Below are positions 24,779 through 28,978 of a DNA stretch of 28,978 nucleotides, one piece after another. Every line of letters starts with the position of its first letter. Position 1 is the stretch's first letter. The notes under the pieces are model-generated. The model worked only from the letters and a program-made list of their open reading frames with translations, was not told where the DNA came from and made no database searches. A program made the translations under genes and the position numbers. The DNA comes from a virus (taxonomy: Duplodnaviria; Caudoviricetes): the IMG/VR virus record IMGVR_UViG_3300033076_000383, positions 1 through 28,978 of that record, one strand, 5' to 3'.

Positions 24779-26734
24779 ATGCCACTTCAACAGCTCAAAT
24801 TGCGGCCCGGTGTCAATCGGGAATCCACAACGCTTGCAAACGAAGGCACTTGGTTCGAGATGGATAAGGTGCGCTTTCGCTCGGGCTATCCGGAGAAAAT
24901 TGGCGGTTGGGTCAAGGACACCGGTATTTCCTCCGACACGGATTATCCACCTGCGGGGTCGTTCTGGGGTGTATGCCGTTCGTTGTGGAACTGGGTAACG
25001 ACTACGGGCAACAACCTGCTGGGCATTGGTACTAACCTCAAGTTCTACCTGCAGAACTCCGTTGGCGGTAACTTTAACGACATCACCCCTATCCGGGAAG
25101 TGTCGACGGTTGCATCTAACGCTTTCACCACGACCAACGGATCAATGGTTGTTACGGTTAACGACACTGCACACGGGGCAAACACAGGCGACTTTGTGTA
25201 CATCACAGGTGTTGGAGGGGCCATCAACGGCATACCTGCAGCATCGCTCAACAGCGAGTTCCAAGTTACGTATGTCGATGCAGATCACTACACGATTACA
25301 GTGAACGCACCTGCAACGTCTTCTGGTACAACTGGTTCCGCAACATTCACCTACGAAATTCATGTTGGTCAGGCCATCTACACTGTGCAAACAGGCTGGG
25401 GTGCCGGTGGTTTTGGCGGTGTTACGGGCGCAGCTTCTACCGGATGGGGTGAATCCGCTGCTTCTGGTATTGGCGTGCAAATGCGTCTGTGGAGCCAAGA
25501 CAACTTCGGCGACTACCTGCTGATGGCTTACCGTGATGGCCCGCTGTACTTATGGGTGCCATCCGCATCGCCCAGTACGTACCCCCGCGCCCAGCAGCTG
25601 TCCAGCACAAACACCAACACGCAAGACGGAATCGAGTACTGGCTGACAGATGCCTATGTTCCGACGGTCACTAAGTTAATCATGGTGTCGGATAACTCCC
25701 GTTTCGTAATTGCGTTTGGTTGCAATGACTACAGCGTTTCTGAACAGGACCCGATGTTGATTCGCTGGTCGGATCAGGAGAACTACGCCGTCTGGTACCC
25801 ATCAGCGACAAACCAAGCAGGTAGCTTCCGTTTGAGTTCCGGTTCAAAAATCATCGGCGCGTACCAGTCCCGTCAGGAGATTTTGGTCTGGACTGACGCG
25901 GCTATCTACTCGATGCAGTACCTTGGCCCTCCGTACGTCTGGGGCGTGCAAATCATTTCTGACAACATTTCGATTGCCAGCCCCAACGCCATGGCCACAG
26001 CTGCCAACGTCACCTACTGGATGGGCGTGGACAAGTTCTACATGTACACAGGTCGCGTTGAGACTTTGTACTGTCCACTGCGCCAGTACATTTTTGGGGA
26101 CATCAATACCAACCAGATGTTCCAAGTAGCGTCTGGTACAGACGAAGGCTTCAACGAAGTCTGGTGGTTCTACTGTTCTGCTAACTCGGATGTGGTTGAT
26201 CGCTACGTGATCTACAACCACCTTGAAAAGACGTGGGCGTACGGCAACATGAGCCGAACATTCTGGCTGGATTCACCACTTCGCCCCGGCCCAACGGCTG
26301 CCGGCTACGATGGCCAGATCATTTACCACGAGCAAGGTGTGGACGACGGCACAACCAACCCGCCAAGCCCCATCACGGCTTACGTGCAGTCTGCTGACTT
26401 TGACATCGGTGACGGCCACAACTACGGCTTTGTGTGGCGCATGATCCCCGACATTACGTTCGATGGCTCGTACGTCAACCAGCCCGAAGTCACTTTTACC
26501 CTGCGCCCACGGCAGAACCCCGGCTCCAATTACGGGCCCGGAGATACGCCCAGCGTCACGAGCACCCAGAACTACTCATCCCAGCGCAACTATACGGTGC
26601 AGCAGTTCACGGAGATTGTGTACACCCGCATCCGTGGCCGCCAGATGGCGTTCAAAGTAAGCTCTGACATGCTCGGTGTGCAGTGGCAGTTGGGCGCTCC
26701 GCGTATTGACATCCGTCCGGACGGTCGTCGCTGA
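24779..26734 (+). CDS. Probable tail nozzle / DNA stabilisation protein (P22 gp10 / T7 gp12-like)
   Basis: 651 aa, beta-rich; IRWSDQE, AGSFRL and EVWWFY motifs; precedes ejection-type genes. Confidence 0.7.
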   Translation: MPLQQLKLRPGVNRESTTLANEGTWFEMDKVRFRSGYPEKIGGWVKDTGISSDTDYPPAGSFWGVCRSLWNWVTTTGNNLLGIGTNLKFYLQNSVGGNFNDITPIREVSTVASNAFTTTNGSMVVTVNDTAHGANTGDFVYITGVGGAINGIPAASLNSEFQVTYVDADHYTITVNAPATSSGTTGSATFTYEIHVGQAIYTVQTGWGAGGFGGVTGAASTGWGESAASGIGVQMRLWSQDNFGDYLLMAYRDGPLYLWVPSASPSTYPRAQQLSSTNTNTQDGIEYWLTDAYVPTVTKLIMVSDNSRFVIAFGCNDYSVSEQDPMLIRWSDQENYAVWYPSATNQAGSFRLSSGSKIIGAYQSRQEILVWTDAAIYSMQYLGPPYVWGVQIISDNISIASPNAMATAANVTYWMGVDKFYMYTGRVETLYCPLRQYIFGDINTNQMFQVASGTDEGFNEVWWFYCSANSDVVDRYVIYNHLEKTWAYGNMSRTFWLDSPLRPGPTAAGYDGQIIYHEQGVDDGTTNPPSPITAYVQSADFDIGDGHNYGFVWRMIPDITFDGSYVNQPEVTFTLRPRQNPGSNYGPGDTPSVTSTQNYSSQRNYTVQQFTEIVYTRIRGRQMAFKVSSDMLGVQWQLGAPRIDIRPDGRR

Positions 26735-27384
26735 TGGGCACCCTGCAGCTTTCTTCTCCGCCTCGGATGCCTTCTCCGGGGCTTGAATATGACCAGCGGT
26801 TCCAGAATCAGTTTGAGGACATCCTGCGTCTGTACTTCAACCAGCTGGACAACGCGCTGAGGGCCGTTATCGGCACCAATGGTGGTCAGTACGTGGACTG
26901 CCCCAACGGGCTTTTCTTCAATACTGCCGACCAGACGTTTGGGGCAACTAATACCGCATACCCGGTCGTGTTCAACCAGACATATCTCAACAACGCAGTA
27001 GCCCTACAGTCCGGCAGCACCAGTAAGATTGAAGTAAGTGTTAGCGGCATTTACAACTTTCAGTACACCGGGCAGGTGCTCAGCTCAAGTTCCAGCGCCA
27101 AGACGATCTATCTGTGGATCAGCCGCAACGGAACGGACATTGGGTACTCGACACGCGCCAAGACGGTTTCCAGCAACGGCCAGTACACCGATATTGCTTG
27201 GGGTTTCGACATCGACCTGCAGACAGGTGACTACATTGAGCTTAAAGCCGCAGTGAGCGATACGAACCTCAAACTAGACGCCCAGACCGCGTCCTCCCCT
27301 CATCCCGGCATCCCGTCCTCGGTGATGACGGTCAACTACGTTGGTCCATTGCCGGCCACCTTGCCGACACCGCCTGCCCCCTGA
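26734..27384 (+). CDS. Tail protein with C1q/TNF-like beta-sandwich C-terminus
   Basis: LRLYFNQLD helix, then VSGIYNF, LWISRNG and GDYIEL motifs. Confidence 0.65.
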   Translation: MGTLQLSSPPRMPSPGLEYDQRFQNQFEDILRLYFNQLDNALRAVIGTNGGQYVDCPNGLFFNTADQTFGATNTAYPVVFNQTYLNNAVALQSGSTSKIEVSVSGIYNFQYTGQVLSSSSSAKTIYLWISRNGTDIGYSTRAKTVSSNGQYTDIAWGFDIDLQTGDYIELKAAVSDTNLKLDAQTASSPHPGIPSSVMTVNYVGPLPATLPTPPAP

Positions 27385-27400
27385 TAAACTTGGAGCTATT

Positions 27401-28759
27401 ATGAGTCTACATATTGCCGCCAAACACCTAGCGTCTAAGGGCCGTGGCCCAGACACGCAACTCGTCCACATGGCCCCCTCTGAAGTGGCGGGTCTGCAGG
27501 CGCTTGCAAAAGCCGGTGGCGGTAGCCTAACGATCAACCCCGAGACGGGCCTGCCCGAAGCAGGCTTCTTGTCCAATATGCTGCCCATGGTTATTGGTGC
27601 AGGTTTGTCGGTTGCCTCCGGCGGAACGCTAACCCCCATGATGGCTGGCTTGATGACAGGCGCTGGCTACGGCTTGATCAAAGGTGACCTGAAGGCTGGC
27701 TTGATGGCTGGTCTTGGCGCTTACGGCGGTGCAGGCATGATGGGTAGTGTGCTCGGTGCTGGCGCGGATGCTGCCGCTGCAGCCGGTATGCAAGGAGCCC
27801 AAACAGCAGCGAACGCTGCAGCCACTACGGTTCCAACTGCAGCCGAAACTGCAGGCATGAATCAGGCTTTCGAGCAGTCCTTGGCGTCCCACGCAGCTGC
27901 CCCGGCAGGTCTTGTAGGTACAGGCGCGGCTATGGGCGCAGCAGATGCAAATATGGCCTATGCCCCTCAACAGTTCGCAGCAAACGCCGGCCAAGCAGCG
28001 CAGGCAGCCGCCCCTATTACGCAGATGCCTTCTCAGGTAGCGATTAACCAACAGCTAGGCGATGCCGCCGTAGCGGCTAAAGACCAGTACCTGAACAACA
28101 CCGGCTTCGTGGATCAAATGAAGGGCGGTTTGGGGGCTATTGCGCAGAACCCGTCACAGCTCATGACCAAGGACAACCTGAAATACGGTCTGGCTGCTGC
28201 AGCGCCGGCAATGATGCAGACACCTACAACCACGCCATATAAGTCTGACAGCGAACAACACCAATACACATACAGTCCCGGTAAAACGCAGAACCCTGAG
28301 TACCTGACATCGGCAACCGCAACACCGTCGAACTCGTATGAGCGTCAATGGTTTACGCCGTCCTACACCCGCGTGATGGCTTCTGGCGGTCCTGTGTCTG
28401 ACATGTCTGCACGCAACGAGAACCTGATCTTGTTGGCCAATGGAGGTCAGCAGTTTGCTGAAGGCGGCAGTACCGATCTTGGAAGCTACTCTGACGGCGG
28501 TCGGATGCTGCGCGGTCCCGGTGACGGCGTATCGGATTCCATCCCCGCTACTATCGCGGGTAACCAGCCAGCGCGTCTGGCCGATGGTGAGTTTGTAGTT
28601 CCGGCCCGCATCGTTTCTGAGCTGGGCAACGGCTCCAGCGAGGCAGGTGCCCGCAAGCTGTACTCCATGATGGATCGTGTGCAGAAAGCACGCGCCAAGA
28701 CCGTAGGCAAAAATGCAGTTGCAACTGACTCAAAAGCTGAGAAAATGTTGCCTGCATGA
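27401..28759 (+). CDS. Probable internal virion/DNA ejection protein
   Basis: ATG 27401 with GGAG RBS; GRGPDT.LVH, TINPETGLPEA, Gly/Ala-rich hydrophobic segment, GPGDGVSDSIPA...LADGEFVVPA. Confidence 0.75.
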   Translation: MSLHIAAKHLASKGRGPDTQLVHMAPSEVAGLQALAKAGGGSLTINPETGLPEAGFLSNMLPMVIGAGLSVASGGTLTPMMAGLMTGAGYGLIKGDLKAGLMAGLGAYGGAGMMGSVLGAGADAAAAAGMQGAQTAANAAATTVPTAAETAGMNQAFEQSLASHAAAPAGLVGTGAAMGAADANMAYAPQQFAANAGQAAQAAAPITQMPSQVAINQQLGDAAVAAKDQYLNNTGFVDQMKGGLGAIAQNPSQLMTKDNLKYGLAAAAPAMMQTPTTTPYKSDSEQHQYTYSPGKTQNPEYLTSATATPSNSYERQWFTPSYTRVMASGGPVSDMSARNENLILLANGGQQFAEGGSTDLGSYSDGGRMLRGPGDGVSDSIPATIAGNQPARLADGEFVVPARIVSELGNGSSEAGARKLYSMMDRVQKARAKTVGKNAVATDSKAEKMLPA

Positions 28760-28978
28760 CAACACAATACGCAGTCGAAGACCCAGCTACCTTTATTGAG
28801 GAGCTAAAGGGGATACTACCTGAGCACTACGCCGAGTTGTGCGTAACTCAGGACTTTCCTCTGTCGCCCGACTACGTTGCGTACGGTAACTTGGTGATGG
28901 CTGGGATGCTCAAGTGCATCACCTGCCGAGAGGATGGGGCTTTAATCGGTTACGCGATCTTTATCGTGCAGCCCCACT
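28756..28978 (+). CDS. GNAT-like acetyltransferase, truncated by the window end
   Basis: ATGA overlap; hand translation MTTQYAVEDP...EHYAEL...PLSPDY...CREDGALIGYAIFIVQPH, open to the end of the window. Confidence 0.55.
   Translation, partial: MTTQYAVEDPATFIEELKGILPEHYAELCVTQDFPLSPDYVAYGNLVMAGMLKCITCREDGALIGYAIFIVQPH

Noticed and set aside
1-28978. tRNA genes, integrase/att site, alternative genetic code
   Set aside because: No cloverleaf or integrase recognised by eye; genes read intact in the standard code and use TAA, TGA and TAG as stops

Overview
This window is a slice of a tailed dsDNA phage genome with podovirus-like (P22/T7-type short tail) organisation and no visible host genes. Positions 1-4065 hold small minus-strand early-type genes, a repeated 19-bp palindrome and an AT-rich origin-like gap. 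Positions 4066-4530 are a divergent control region. From 4531 a plus-strand morphogenesis operon runs through TerS, TerL, portal, a GroES-like co-chaperonin, scaffold, major capsid, small basic proteins, adaptors, tail fibres (one with an S74 chaperone), holin-like and lysozyme genes, tail nozzle, an ejection-type protein and a truncated GNAT-like gene. The most notable unannotated signal is a predicted ~85-nt minus-strand small RNA (about 4399-4484). It has its own sigma70-like promoter, two GNRA hairpins and a terminator, and its unpaired middle is complementary to the Shine-Dalgarno plus AUG of the phage's own early genes. Other signals are the palindromic operator array and a double-pseudoknot RNA after the capsid gene. 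All product calls come from motif recognition and gene order; no searches were run.
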